Below, piece by piece: positions 1 to 8,749 of a DNA stretch of 64,000 bases (the first letter of the stretch is position 1; each line of letters starts with the position of its first letter). The DNA is taken from the NCBI GenBank assembly GCA_963740175.1, contig CAVUDL010000003.1, positions 7,413 to 71,412 of the forward strand, in the 5' to 3' direction. The notes beneath the pieces were generated by a model. The model did not search any database, was not told where the DNA came from, and saw only the letters and a program-made list of their open reading frames with translations. A program made the translations under genes and the position numbers. The stretch is from an uncultured Gemmatimonadales bacterium. GTDB taxonomy: Bacteria > Gemmatimonadota > Gemmatimonadetes > Gemmatimonadales > GWC2-71-9.

Positions 1-354
1 CCGGGCTTCTCCCTGCTGGCTCCGGCGCGCCGCCGTGCTGGGCAGGCACTTCAGGTACACGGCCAGGCTGGAGCCCAGCGCCGCTTCGAGCTGTCCCGGT
101 TGCGCCGCCCAGCCACCCCCGGGCACGATGACGCCGGGATTCCCCCCCTGCGCCGCAATCACCGCGTCCCGCTCCATCTCGCGAAAACGGGCTTCGCCCA
201 CCATGCCGAAGATCTGGCTGATCGGCATGCCCATCTCGCGCACCAGCAGGCCGTCGATGTCGATGAGAGGAGCGGGCAACCCGTCGGCCACCAGTCGTCC
301 CACCGTGCTCTTCCCGGATCCGGGGAGGCCGACCAGCAGGACGTGGCGCGGCAT
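1..354 (-). CDS. aroK: shikimate kinase (C-terminal part runs off the left edge of the window)
   Basis: Absent from the ORF track because no stop lies in the window. My minus-strand translation from the ATG at 352-354 reads MPRHVLLVGLPGSGKSTVGRLVADGLPAPLIDIDGLLVREMGMPISQIFGMVGEARFREMERDAV. This has a Walker A loop and the shikimate kinase N-terminal pattern. The start shares one base with the aroC stop (TGATG). Confidence 0.8.
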   Translation of the reverse strand, partial: MPRHVLLVGLPGSGKSTVGRLVADGLPAPLIDIDGLLVREMGMPISQIFGMVGEARFREMERDAVIAAQGGNPGVIVPGGGWAAQPGQLEAALGSSLAVYLKCLPSTAARRSQQGEAR

Positions 355-1607
355 CAGCTCCGGGAAGTATCCGCTTCAGAATGCCAGCGGGAGCCGAGGG
401 CCGCGACGTAGCCGTCGTAGTTGCGTCGCATTTCGGCCAGGGAGTCGCCGCCGAACTTCTCCAGCATGGCGTCGGCCACCACCAGCGCCACCAGGGCCTC
501 GGCGATCACGCCCATAGCGGGCACTGCAGTGATGTCCGATCGCTCACTCACGGCCTTGGCCGGCTCGCCCGACGTGAGGTCCACCGTGGGCAGGGGGGAC
601 ATCAAGGTGGCAATCGGCTTCATTGCTACCTTAACAACGATGGGTTCCCCGGTGGTGATTCCGCCCTCGAGGCCGCCTGCGTTATTGCTGCCCCGCCGGA
701 ATCCGCCGCGCGCATCCCCACCAGTGGGGACGCGCTTTCCACCCTCTCCGTCCTCTCCGCCTTCTCCGCCCTTTATCGCATCATGCACCTCGGAGCCCGG
801 CCGACGCGCAGCTTCGAACCCCATTCCGATTTCGACGCCTTTTACGGCAGGAATGGACATCAGCATGCCGGCCAGCCGCCCGTCCAGCTTTCGGTCCCAG
901 CTCACGTGGCTGCCCAGCCCCACGACGACCCCGCGCGCCACCACCTCGACCTCGCCGCCGAGCGTGTCCCCGGCTTTCTTGGCGGCGTCGATCCGCTGGA
1001 TGATCGCTGCCTCGGCGGCGGGATCGAGCACCCGAACCTCCGACCGATCGGACGCGGGATTGAGCGGTACCGGGAGAGCGCCACTGAGGTTCACCTGTAT
1101 GCCGCCGAGGGAGATGACATGGCTTCCAATCTCCACCCCAAATTCATCCAGCAGCCGCTTGGCCAGGGCTCCGGCGGCGACGCGGGCGGTGGTTTCCCGG
1201 GCGCTGGCGCGCTCCAGGATGTCCCGTCCATCGAGCCGGTCGTATTTGAGCACGCCCGCCAGATCGGCATGCCCGGGGCGCGGCCGGGTGACCCGCCGGC
1301 GTCGGATTTCTCCCGGCGGATCCGAGCTCTCGTAGGCCATGACGTCCTCCCAATTGGCCCAGTCTCGATTGGGGATCAGCATCGCCACCGGAGAGCCCAG
1401 CGTCTCGCCCGCGCGAAGACCGGACAGCCATTCGATCCGGTCCCGCTCGATCTTCATCCGGGCCCCGCGGCCGTAGCCCTGCATCCGCCGGGCAAGCTCG
1501 TGGTCTACCCAGTCAGCTGTAATGGGCAGGCCAGCAGGCAGGCCCTCGACGATGGCGACGAGTGCCTTGCCATGGGATTCGCCGGCAGTGGTGAAGCGGA
1601 GTGTCAC
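354..1607 (-). CDS. aroC: chorismate synthase, with an extra Gly/Glu-rich loop
   Basis: The 417-aa ORF starts MTLRFTTAGESHGKALVAIVEGLPAGL and carries RPGHADL and NNAGGLEGGITTGEPI motifs typical of AroC. It holds an atypical GGEGGEDGEGG segment. Confidence 0.95.
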   Translation of the reverse strand: MTLRFTTAGESHGKALVAIVEGLPAGLPITADWVDHELARRMQGYGRGARMKIERDRIEWLSGLRAGETLGSPVAMLIPNRDWANWEDVMAYESSDPPGEIRRRRVTRPRPGHADLAGVLKYDRLDGRDILERASARETTARVAAGALAKRLLDEFGVEIGSHVISLGGIQVNLSGALPVPLNPASDRSEVRVLDPAAEAAIIQRIDAAKKAGDTLGGEVEVVARGVVVGLGSHVSWDRKLDGRLAGMLMSIPAVKGVEIGMGFEAARRPGSEVHDAIKGGEGGEDGEGGKRVPTGGDARGGFRRGSNNAGGLEGGITTGEPIVVKVAMKPIATLMSPLPTVDLTSGEPAKAVSERSDITAVPAMGVIAEALVALVVADAMLEKFGGDSLAEMRRNYDGYVAALGSRWHSEADTSRS

Positions 1608-1652
1608 GACAGGGTCCTTGGAAGAAGGTCTGCCCTCGCCGGATACTAACGA

Positions 1653-1678
1653 ACGAGCCCGGCTCGCGCCGGGCTCGT
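1653..1678 (-). terminator. intrinsic-terminator-like hairpin after pilQ
   Basis: ACGAGCCCGGC / TCGC loop / GCCGGGCTCGT gives a perfect 11-bp stem 26 nt downstream of the pilQ stop. On the transcribed strand it is followed by TCGTT, a weak U-tract. Confidence 0.5.
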
Positions 1679-1703
1679 CCTATCTCATGAAACGTCCGCC
1701 GGG

Positions 1704-3458
1704 TCACTGCGGCACGACGCCGTCGTCTATGATCCGGGGCGTCACCAAGATAATCAGGTCGCGCCGGGTTTCCTCGGTCTTGCTGAAGCCGAACAGCTTG
1801 CCGATGATCGGCAGACCGGAGAGCAGCGGGATGCCGGACCGGCTGTTGGTAACCTCGGTGACAGTCAGACCACCGATCACGGCGGTCTCGCCGTCGTTGA
1901 CGAGCAGCTGGTTGTCGGCCCGCTGGGTCGAGAAGGTAAAGCCCAGGTCGCCGGCGGTGATCTCCTGAATGGCGGACCGCTCGGTGTGCAGTTCCATCGC
2001 GATCTGCCGGTTGCTGGTGACGTGCGGCGTCACCGTCAGGCGGATACCGGTTTCCTTGAACTGTACCGTGGACTTGGCATCAGCGGAGTTGGACCCGGCG
2101 TCGATCACGCGAACCGGGGTCTCCTCACCCACGAGGATGTCGGCCTTGCGGTTGTCGAGCGTCGTGATCACCGGCTCGGCCTGCACGTCGGAGAGGTCCT
2201 GCCGCTCGAGCGCGCTCAGGAACGAGGTCAGCGTAAAGCCGCCCAGCGCGGTGGAGAACACCAGGTCGAGCGCCGAGCCAACGATGGTGTTCTCGGCGTT
2301 GCCGATGGCCGACACCGAGTTGCCGCCGAGGTCCACGACATTCACACCCTCATCGAACGGCTCGCCGGTGGACGGATCGGTGCGCTGAACCAGCTTGTTG
2401 AAGAACTGGTTGTTGCTGCCCAGGTCGTACTTGACGCCCAGCTCCTCGATGTCGGTCCGATCCACGAACACGATCTTGGCCTTGATCGACACCTGGGGCG
2501 TACGTATATCGAGACCGCGCACGAACTCGGCGATGTTGGCCACCTTGCTGCGCGTGTCGGTGATGATGAGCGAGTTGGTGTTGTCGTCGGCGATGACCTT
2601 GCCGCGGCCCTTGGTCAGGCTGCCTTCGATGCTCTTGGTCAGTTCCTTCGCCTTGCCGTAGTTGATACGCACGACGTTGGTCTCCAGCGGCTCGAGCGAG
2701 TCGAGCGACGCCAGAACTGAAGGCGCATCCACCCGGATGATGCCGCCGGCCATTTCCTGAGCCGACAGACCCTGGGAGGCGAGAATGGCCTGAAACGCCT
2801 GGGGCCACGGCTGATTCTTGACCTCGGCCGTCACTTCGCCCGTGATTCCCTTGCCGAGGATGATGGTCCGGCCGCTGAAGGCAGCGAAGCCGGCGACGAC
2901 GTCGGCCACGTTGGCACGATCCCACACCACCGTGATCCGGGGCTCCTCGGAGGTCACCCGGGTGAGCCGGGCGGCCGGCAGCTGAACTTCCGGCTGGCGC
3001 TGAGTCCTGGCACTGGCCACGGGCCGGGCGGTGCCGTTCGACGACCAGGCCAGGAACGACTGGTCGGTGCCGAAGGAGACCCGGATGGCGTCGGTGCCGC
3101 GCTCGACGTGATAGTCCTTCGCCTGATCGAGCTCGAGGACGATCCGTACCACGTCGCGGTCGAACTGCGAGTAGCGCACGTTGAGCACGCCGCCCCGCTT
3201 GACGCCGTCGTACGTACTGATTGACTTGCCCTTTAACCGGGCACCCATCACATCGAGCACCAGCCGGTCCGGGGTCTGGAGCATGAAGTCGCGGACCTCG
3301 ACCGCGCCGCGCACGTTGATCACGATGTCGGCGCGTCCCGGTGAAGCCTGGACGCTGACGCCCGTGACCTCTCCGCTCCCGGGGCCGTCGGCGAGCGCCG
3401 CAGAGGGCACTCCGAAGACCGCGGCGGTGGCGAGCATTAGGCGATACAATCGGGTCAT
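1704..3458 (-). CDS. pilQ: type IV pilus secretin PilQ
   Basis: 584 aa with a signal peptide, an AMIN-like N-terminus and a C-terminal secretin core (GGLTVTEVTNSRSGIPLLSGLPIIGKLFG). It is the last gene of a pilMNOPQ-ordered block, and its ATG overlaps the pilP stop (ATGA). Confidence 0.9.
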   Translation of the reverse strand: MTRLYRLMLATAAVFGVPSAALADGPGSGEVTGVSVQASPGRADIVINVRGAVEVRDFMLQTPDRLVLDVMGARLKGKSISTYDGVKRGGVLNVRYSQFDRDVVRIVLELDQAKDYHVERGTDAIRVSFGTDQSFLAWSSNGTARPVASARTQRQPEVQLPAARLTRVTSEEPRITVVWDRANVADVVAGFAAFSGRTIILGKGITGEVTAEVKNQPWPQAFQAILASQGLSAQEMAGGIIRVDAPSVLASLDSLEPLETNVVRINYGKAKELTKSIEGSLTKGRGKVIADDNTNSLIITDTRSKVANIAEFVRGLDIRTPQVSIKAKIVFVDRTDIEELGVKYDLGSNNQFFNKLVQRTDPSTGEPFDEGVNVVDLGGNSVSAIGNAENTIVGSALDLVFSTALGGFTLTSFLSALERQDLSDVQAEPVITTLDNRKADILVGEETPVRVIDAGSNSADAKSTVQFKETGIRLTVTPHVTSNRQIAMELHTERSAIQEITAGDLGFTFSTQRADNQLLVNDGETAVIGGLTVTEVTNSRSGIPLLSGLPIIGKLFGFSKTEETRRDLIILVTPRIIDDGVVPQ

Positions 3459-4339
3459 GGGGTTACGTCCTCCTGCTTCCTGAGCGAAAGGGTTTCCTGA
3501 CGTTCAAAGCCGAAGTCCTCGATCATGAACACCACGTCACGGTCACGGATCTGCACTACCCGGGAGCGGCCCAGCTGATCGCCGGCCCGCAGCTTGTGAC
3601 GCTTGCCGCCCTCCTTCTCCCGGAACACAGCCACACTGGCGGACGGAGACCGCATGTTATGATAGATCCCGACCAGCTGAAGGTCGGCAACTTCGGGACC
3701 CGCCTTCTCCATGTTCAACAGCGAATTGAACGGATCGCGGGTGGAGCCGGAGTACGCGAACGTCTCGCGCAACATCTCTGTTTCTCTGACCTTTTGGATC
3801 GAGTCGGTGACCGCCGCCGAGTCCATGGCCGGAACCATCGCGGTGTCCTTCATCGCCACTGCGGGAGCCTTGGCGCTGTCGGCGGCAACGGGGGCCGCAT
3901 TGGCCGCGGCTACCGTGGTCTTCGGCATCGAATCCTTGGCCGGGGTCTTCCGGGAAGCGGAATCAGTCGCCGCGATCGTCATGGGCGCCTGGGCATCCGA
4001 CCCGCAGGTCGACTGCGCCTGCGCCGTGATCAGCTCCTCTGAGGGCTTCGGAGGCGCCTTCCGGGACTTCGACTTGGCCTTGACCTTCTTCACTGTCATG
4101 GCCGGTTTGACCAGCTCGGCGCGGACCGAGTCCACGCAGGCCGCAAAGCGCACCTGGGAGAGCGAGTCGGCAGCGCGACGGGCCTTGCGAAGGCTGTCGG
4201 TGCGGGCGCGCAAGGCGGCCGTACGCGCCTCGACCTCCTTGGCCTTCTTGTTTCCGACGAACGGCAGATTGTCGAGCTGGGAGCACCCGGACAACGCCAC
4301 CGCGGCCAGAAGGGCGAGACCGAAGGCGTTACGTGCCAC
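3455..4339 (-). CDS. pilP: pilus assembly lipoprotein PilP-like
   Basis: Lipoprotein signal MARNAFGLALLAAVALSGC, a low-complexity Ala/Lys linker and a C-terminal beta-domain (LQLVGIY...RAGDQLGRSRVVQIRDRDVVF). It lies between pilO and pilQ. Confidence 0.7.
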   Translation of the reverse strand: MARNAFGLALLAAVALSGCSQLDNLPFVGNKKAKEVEARTAALRARTDSLRKARRAADSLSQVRFAACVDSVRAELVKPAMTVKKVKAKSKSRKAPPKPSEELITAQAQSTCGSDAQAPMTIAATDSASRKTPAKDSMPKTTVAAANAAPVAADSAKAPAVAMKDTAMVPAMDSAAVTDSIQKVRETEMLRETFAYSGSTRDPFNSLLNMEKAGPEVADLQLVGIYHNMRSPSASVAVFREKEGGKRHKLRAGDQLGRSRVVQIRDRDVVFMIEDFGFERQETLSLRKQEDVTP

Positions 4340-4958
4340 TGGCCCCTCCTTCCTGGGTGGGAGACTTCACATAAGTCCGGATCTGGAAGCGGGCTTCGAG
4401 CAGCGCACCGGTGCTGTCACCCAGCGCCTTGGCCGACGTCGAGTTGGCGGCGGCGACGGACAGGTTGTAGGGCACGATGATCCGCTGCAGAGAGGCGACA
4501 TCGGCCATGAACTGGCCGATCTGATCGTATCTGCCGATGACGGACATGTTATAGGTATAGGTGTCGAATGGAGCCGGGCCCGGTTCCACCGGCTGCGGCA
4601 CGACCTGCGACAGCGTCACCCCCCGGATCTTGCTGCGGGTGGAGATATCGTCCAGCAGGTTGGGCACTTCGTTGCGCTCGGGCACCAGACGCCGGAGCAG
4701 CATCAGATTGGAGCGATAGCTCTCCAGCCGCTTCCGCACATCGGCCACGCTGCCACGGGCCAGCTCCTTCTTGGCGCTGTCGGTGGCGGCCTCCATCCGG
4801 CTGATCGTGTCCCGCACCGCGACGATCCGCTCTTTCCCGGCGGCCAGACCCTTGAGCCCGACGAGGTCGATGACCGCGCCGGTATAGGCGACGTATCCCA
4901 CCATTCCGGCCAGAACCAGCGCGAGCAGAGGTGCCGCCTTCTCGTTTGAGATTGCCAT
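4329..4958 (-). CDS. pilO: type IV pilus assembly protein PilO
   Basis: 209 aa with one N-terminal TM helix followed by a coiled-coil. Both its position in pilMNOPQ and its size fit PilO. Confidence 0.75.
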   Translation of the reverse strand: MAISNEKAAPLLALVLAGMVGYVAYTGAVIDLVGLKGLAAGKERIVAVRDTISRMEAATDSAKKELARGSVADVRKRLESYRSNLMLLRRLVPERNEVPNLLDDISTRSKIRGVTLSQVVPQPVEPGPAPFDTYTYNMSVIGRYDQIGQFMADVASLQRIIVPYNLSVAAANSTSAKALGDSTGALLEARFQIRTYVKSPTQEGGASGT

Positions 4959-4965
4959 GGCTATC

Positions 4966-5694
4966 TCACCTCACCGACTGGCTGAAGGGAGCGGTGCGAA
5001 TGTAGGCCGAGTCGGCCGATTGATACGTCGCCCGGATGCTGAAGGCAGTGACCGGGCGTTCTTTCTCCACCACGGTCTGGGCCGACACCGGCGTCACGTT
5101 ATAGATCCAGGGAGACGCTTCCAGCTGCCGCAGGAACCGGGTGTACGCCTGTATGTCGATGGTGCGGCCGGTCAGATTGAATACCAGCTCGGGCGGCTTG
5201 GTGGTGTCTGCCGAGTCGGTGGCCACCGCGGGCGTCCCCGCCGGAGCCGGCGGCGGCGTTGGGCTCGCCACCGGGGCTGCTGAGCCGAGATCGACCAGCC
5301 AGGTGTACGCCGGAAGCGCCTTGGTCACTTCGTCGAGCACATGGGGCCACACATAGCGGTCGCCATCCACGTTCCGGATGACGGTGATCTGCGCCAGCAG
5401 CGAGTCACGGATCTTCTCCTGCCGGCGCTTGTCCGCCAGGAAGGTCTTGAAGCGGGTGTTCTCGGCCCGGGCCTGCTCCAGGCGCGGCTCCAGGGTATAG
5501 AGCTGGCGCACGTTGTTCAGGTAGACGAAGGAGAGAAGGCCGAGGACGATAGCCCAACCCGCCATGGCACCCAGCAGGAGCGGGTCCTTCACCTTGGTGC
5601 CCAGGTCACGGAAGACGTCCAGGACTCCCTTGAAGTTGATAGGGATTCCGGTGCGCTTGCGCCGTTTACCGGGGCGAAGATTGACGGTGATCAT
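4966..5694 (-). CDS. pilN: type IV pilus assembly protein PilN
   Basis: 242 aa. The conserved MITVNLRP N-terminus is the PilM-binding INLLP-type motif, followed by a single TM helix. It lies between pilM and pilO. Confidence 0.75.
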   Translation of the reverse strand: MITVNLRPGKRRKRTGIPINFKGVLDVFRDLGTKVKDPLLLGAMAGWAIVLGLLSFVYLNNVRQLYTLEPRLEQARAENTRFKTFLADKRRQEKIRDSLLAQITVIRNVDGDRYVWPHVLDEVTKALPAYTWLVDLGSAAPVASPTPPPAPAGTPAVATDSADTTKPPELVFNLTGRTIDIQAYTRFLRQLEASPWIYNVTPVSAQTVVEKERPVTAFSIRATYQSADSAYIRTAPFSQSVR

Positions 5695-5719
5695 CTGATG
5701 ACGGTGTCCCTGGTCGGGG

Positions 5720-6763
5720 TCAGGCTGCGGTGCGCAAGGCTAAACCGATCGGGAGCATCAGCAGGGGGGCGACTTCATCCACCTGCATCTCATCGAACAC
5801 TCCCTCGGCTACCTGCAGCTTCTCGATCGGATTGGCGAGCTGAACCGGGATCTGCAGCCGGTCTCCCAACGCACGGCTCAGCCGGGGAATACGCGCGCCG
5901 CCACCGGTCATGAAGATCCGGGAAATGCCACCCGCCGAGCGGCTGGCCGTCTGCAGGAATGCGCCGGCGCGCTCGATGCCCACCGCGAGCTCCTCGGTCC
6001 GCGTCTGCAGAAATGAATCGGGGATCTCACCGCCGCTCCCGCCCTGCAGCAGCCGCTCGGCTTCCTCGGCCGACTGCCCCCGCTCCCGCTGGAGGTCCTC
6101 GCGGAACCGCCGAGTGCCCACCGGGATGTCGCGGGTGAGGACCGGAACGCCGTCATCGAGTATGTAAATGTTGGTGACCTCGTGACCGACGTTCACCAGG
6201 CCGACCACACCGTTCATGGCTTCGGGGTAGTTGATCTCGAATGCGTTGTGAAGCGCGAAGGCGTCCACATCGATGATGCTGGACTGCAAACCGACATCGG
6301 CGAGCAGCGCCACTTTGTGGTCGACCAGCTCGCGCTTGGCAGCAACGAGCAGCACGGTCATCTGGAGCCCCTCGCCTTCAGGATCCAGGATCTGGAAATC
6401 GAGCTCGACGTTGTCCATGTCGAACGGCACGTGCTGCTCGGCTTCCCAGCGGATGACCTCGCGGGCCTCGTTCTCTCCCATGCGATCCATCGTGATCTTC
6501 TTCACGATGACATCTCGACCACCGACGGCGGTGACCACCGACTTCGCCTTGATGCCTGCGCTGGCGAGGAGACCCTTGATGGCCTCGGCGACAATGCCGG
6601 GGTCCATGATCTCACCCTCGACGATGGCATCATGGGCGATGGAGGTGAACGCCACCTTGGTCAGAACCGGACCACCGGCGGAGTGCGAGATGGCGACGAG
6701 CTTGATCAGGCCGCTTCCGATGTCCAGCCCGACCGTGGTCGCCTTGCGCCCGAAGAGTCCCAT
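5720..6763 (-). CDS. pilM: type IV pilus assembly ATPase-fold protein PilM
   Basis: Actin-like fold starting MGLFGRKATTVGLDIGSGLIKLV. I moved the start to the ATG at 6761-6763 because the ORF-track extension to 6886 would run through a sigma54-type promoter. Confidence 0.9.
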   Translation of the reverse strand: MGLFGRKATTVGLDIGSGLIKLVAISHSAGGPVLTKVAFTSIAHDAIVEGEIMDPGIVAEAIKGLLASAGIKAKSVVTAVGGRDVIVKKITMDRMGENEAREVIRWEAEQHVPFDMDNVELDFQILDPEGEGLQMTVLLVAAKRELVDHKVALLADVGLQSSIIDVDAFALHNAFEINYPEAMNGVVGLVNVGHEVTNIYILDDGVPVLTRDIPVGTRRFREDLQRERGQSAEEAERLLQGGSGGEIPDSFLQTRTEELAVGIERAGAFLQTASRSAGGISRIFMTGGGARIPRLSRALGDRLQIPVQLANPIEKLQVAEGVFDEMQVDEVAPLLMLPIGLALRTAA

Positions 6764-6810
6764 AATGTCCGCTGGTTGGAGAGGCAACAGGATATCAGCG
6801 CGTTCAGTGG

Positions 6811-6825
6811 GCAACCGATGTGCCA
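6811..6825 (-). promoter_or_regulatory. sigma54 (-24/-12) promoter candidate for pilMNOPQ
   Basis: The minus strand reads TGGCAC-ATCGG-TTGC, an exact match to the TGGCAC-N5-TTGC consensus. It ends 48 nt upstream of the pilM ATG. Confidence 0.6.
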
Positions 6826-6931
6826 CACAAATTGCACATTGGCAATCCTTTGCAGGGAAGCAGCTTAACACGGGAACTGACGGCATCTTCCCCGGCGCCG
6901 GCGCTCCTGCATCTTCTCTTTCGCAAGCCGT

Positions 6932-6961
6932 CTCTCGGGATGCAGCAGTAGGCTCCGAGAG
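6932..6961 (-). terminator. inverted repeat after the pilX-like gene (terminator or activator site)
   Basis: CTCTCGG ... CCGAGAG forms a 7-bp stem with a 16-nt loop. It lies 25 nt downstream of the stop at 6986 and upstream of the pilM promoter. There is no U-tract. Confidence 0.3.
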
Positions 6962-6985
6962 TGGAAGTGCAACAACTGGCAGTGG

Positions 6986-7453
6986 TTAGTTGATCTCCAC
7001 CCAGGCTCGCTCCGCCACCCGGATGACCTGCGGAAGCGGAGCTGTTCCTGTCGTGTCGGACTCACCAGCGTCGAGCCGCAGGAACAGGCCCAGCGTTCGC
7101 GTTGCCAGCGACCCGCCGGCGGCATCGTGCCGGAGGCCGTGGGCACGGAGCAGGAACACCTTCCCGGTAAGGCGGCTAACCGTGGTATGCACGGTTGTGG
7201 CTTCCCCTACCCTGGCGACACCGAAGTCGAGCGGCGGGCCGCCGGCCGGCAGCGACTGGAGTGCCCCAGCATCCAGGACAGCGCCGGCCAATCCGGACTC
7301 GGCCGCCTCTCTGGCCTGAGCGGCGAAGAAGAGGTTCTGTCCACTCTGCTGCTCGAGCCTTCCGACGAAGAAGCTGCCCGCTACCAGGGCACCGATGACC
7401 GCGAGAGCGAACATGGCACCGAGCAACGCCATGCCTGAGCGGGAGCGGATCAC
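6986..7453 (-). CDS. PilX-like minor pilin / pilus assembly protein
   Basis: 155 aa with a hydrophobic N-terminal helix (MALLGAMFALAVIGALVAGSFFV). It is the last gene of a three-gene minor-pilin block and overlaps the upstream gene by 4 nt. Confidence 0.55.
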   Translation of the reverse strand: MIRSRSGMALLGAMFALAVIGALVAGSFFVGRLEQQSGQNLFFAAQAREAAESGLAGAVLDAGALQSLPAGGPPLDFGVARVGEATTVHTTVSRLTGKVFLLRAHGLRHDAAGGSLATRTLGLFLRLDAGESDTTGTAPLPQVIRVAERAWVEIN

Positions 7454-8295
7454 GAAGCCGGAGAGTTGCGGAGCGAAACTCGAGTGATGAGCTCCTCTCC
7501 AATGCCGGCAGAGTTCTCGGGTCCCTGGAGCAGGCCTCGCAGTGTGACCCGGATGGTGCTTATGCTGGTGCGGTCGAGTGTAGGTGCGCCGAACGCGTCC
7601 AGGTACTCCAGCGCAAACCCTTCGGCTCCGGCGAGGGGGCCGACCAGCGGCTGAATGGCTTCGCCGGTAGCAACGGAACGGACGCCAAGCCAGGAGTTAT
7701 CATCGGCACGGTAGAGCCGGAGCTCCATGAGCTCTCCGATACGGACTGGTGTGCCGGGGGCCAGAAGGTCGGCGCGTGGGTTGCCGGAGAGTGTCAGGGT
7801 GATGCCGGGACCTTGGCCGGGCGGACACGCCGATGTCGATGCCACATTCAGGATCCTGAAAGGCAACCAGGTGTCCTTCGTCTCCGTTGCGGGGTCCCCT
7901 GGCACGAAGACGTAGGCCTCGTCCCGGGCGGCCTGCGGGTCGCGATGCCCGGAGAAGGTGGCCTGCGCCAGCCGGATGACCGAGCCCCCCGGCGCCTGGC
8001 AGATAAAGCCCGTGCCCCGCATGGCGCGGTAGGTGACCGCCGCCGCCCCCATGGCCACGATGTCATTTTGTTCGGGAGTGCCCCCAGGTACGGTGCCGAG
8101 CTCGCCGAGCTCGTTCATGACGATGAGAGAGCCGGCGCGAACGCCGGATTGAAGCACCACCCGCTCCGCCTGTGCCCGGGCAGTTCGCTGAGTTGCCAGA
8201 AGCACATGGTAGATGGAGCCCATGACCATGAGCGTCACCACCAGGGAGAGCATGATTTCGGGCAGGGTGAACCCTCGGCGGGAGTGCCTCAGCAT
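7450..8295 (-). CDS. PilW-like minor pilin (prepilin-type N-terminal cleavage/methylation domain)
   Basis: The N-terminus RRGFTLPEIMLSLVVTLMVMG matches the G/FTLxE prepilin motif. Its 281-aa size fits PilW. Confidence 0.65.
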   Translation of the reverse strand: MLRHSRRGFTLPEIMLSLVVTLMVMGSIYHVLLATQRTARAQAERVVLQSGVRAGSLIVMNELGELGTVPGGTPEQNDIVAMGAAAVTYRAMRGTGFICQAPGGSVIRLAQATFSGHRDPQAARDEAYVFVPGDPATETKDTWLPFRILNVASTSACPPGQGPGITLTLSGNPRADLLAPGTPVRIGELMELRLYRADDNSWLGVRSVATGEAIQPLVGPLAGAEGFALEYLDAFGAPTLDRTSISTIRVTLRGLLQGPENSAGIGEELITRVSLRNSPAS

Positions 8296-8660
8296 GAAAT
8301 GCTGCTCTCCAGCTGGGCCGTGCGGATACCTCGCACCGTCAGGTAGGAGACGCTGACTCGTACCTGGCGCACCCTGCCGGCCGGAGCGACTTCCCAGCGC
8401 TCGGTAACGGCTCCCGAAATGATGGGGCCTCCGCTGGCCAGGTCAGCGCTTTGGCAGCGCGGCGTAGTGGACCCCGCGGCGGAGCGAAGCAGATCCATAC
8501 GCTGTGACGCCACCTGGGCGGCCCTCGTTTCCATCTTGCCGCGGCCGATCATACGGGTGATCGATGCGGAGGCGGATACCAGGGCGACGATGCCGACTCC
8601 AAGTACAACGATGGCCACCAGCGCCTCGACAAGTGTGAAGCCGGAGCTCATATGCTTCAT
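8289..8660 (-). CDS. PilV-like minor pilin (prepilin-type N-terminal cleavage/methylation domain)
   Basis: The N-terminus SSGFTLVEALVAIVVLGVGIVAL is a prepilin motif. The protein is 123 aa. Confidence 0.7.
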   Translation of the reverse strand: MKHMSSGFTLVEALVAIVVLGVGIVALVSASASITRMIGRGKMETRAAQVASQRMDLLRSAAGSTTPRCQSADLASGGPIISGAVTERWEVAPAGRVRQVRVSVSYLTVRGIRTAQLESSISC

Positions 8661-8749
8661 GGCTCATCCTCCATTTTCAGAAGGTGGCATCATCGCGGCG
8701 GAACGGGCGTACCCGATCCCCGCGATCTTGATCGAATGAGTGGTGGACA

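Noticed and set aside
381-1649. Long antisense 'shadow' ORFs opposite real genes. Examples: 381-1649(+), 3711-4949(+), 11977-13083(+), 13188-14843(+), 15999-17216(+), 33607-34890(+), 35082-35963(+), 45961-46833(-), 59850-60821(+), 61231-62685(+) and 62480-63712(+).
   Set aside because: Their translations are Arg/Gly/Pro/His-rich with no recognisable motifs. Each lies fully inside a well-supported gene on the other strand. This is typical of stop-codon-poor antisense frames in high-GC DNA.
5720-6886. N-terminal extensions offered by the ORF track for pilM (to 6886), the activator (to 10262), pilS (to 14924), DUF2231 (to 15831), icd (to 23042), pilB (to 38095), nadB (from 49180), nadA (from 50604), lptG (from 47142) and the SDR (from 31659).
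   Set aside because: The extensions are non-conserved and often Cys/Arg/Pro-rich. They cross promoters, repeats or the upstream gene. Internal starts give canonical N-termini, for example MGLFGRK..., MRLLIVEDD..., MATAAAGGDRLGEILL...
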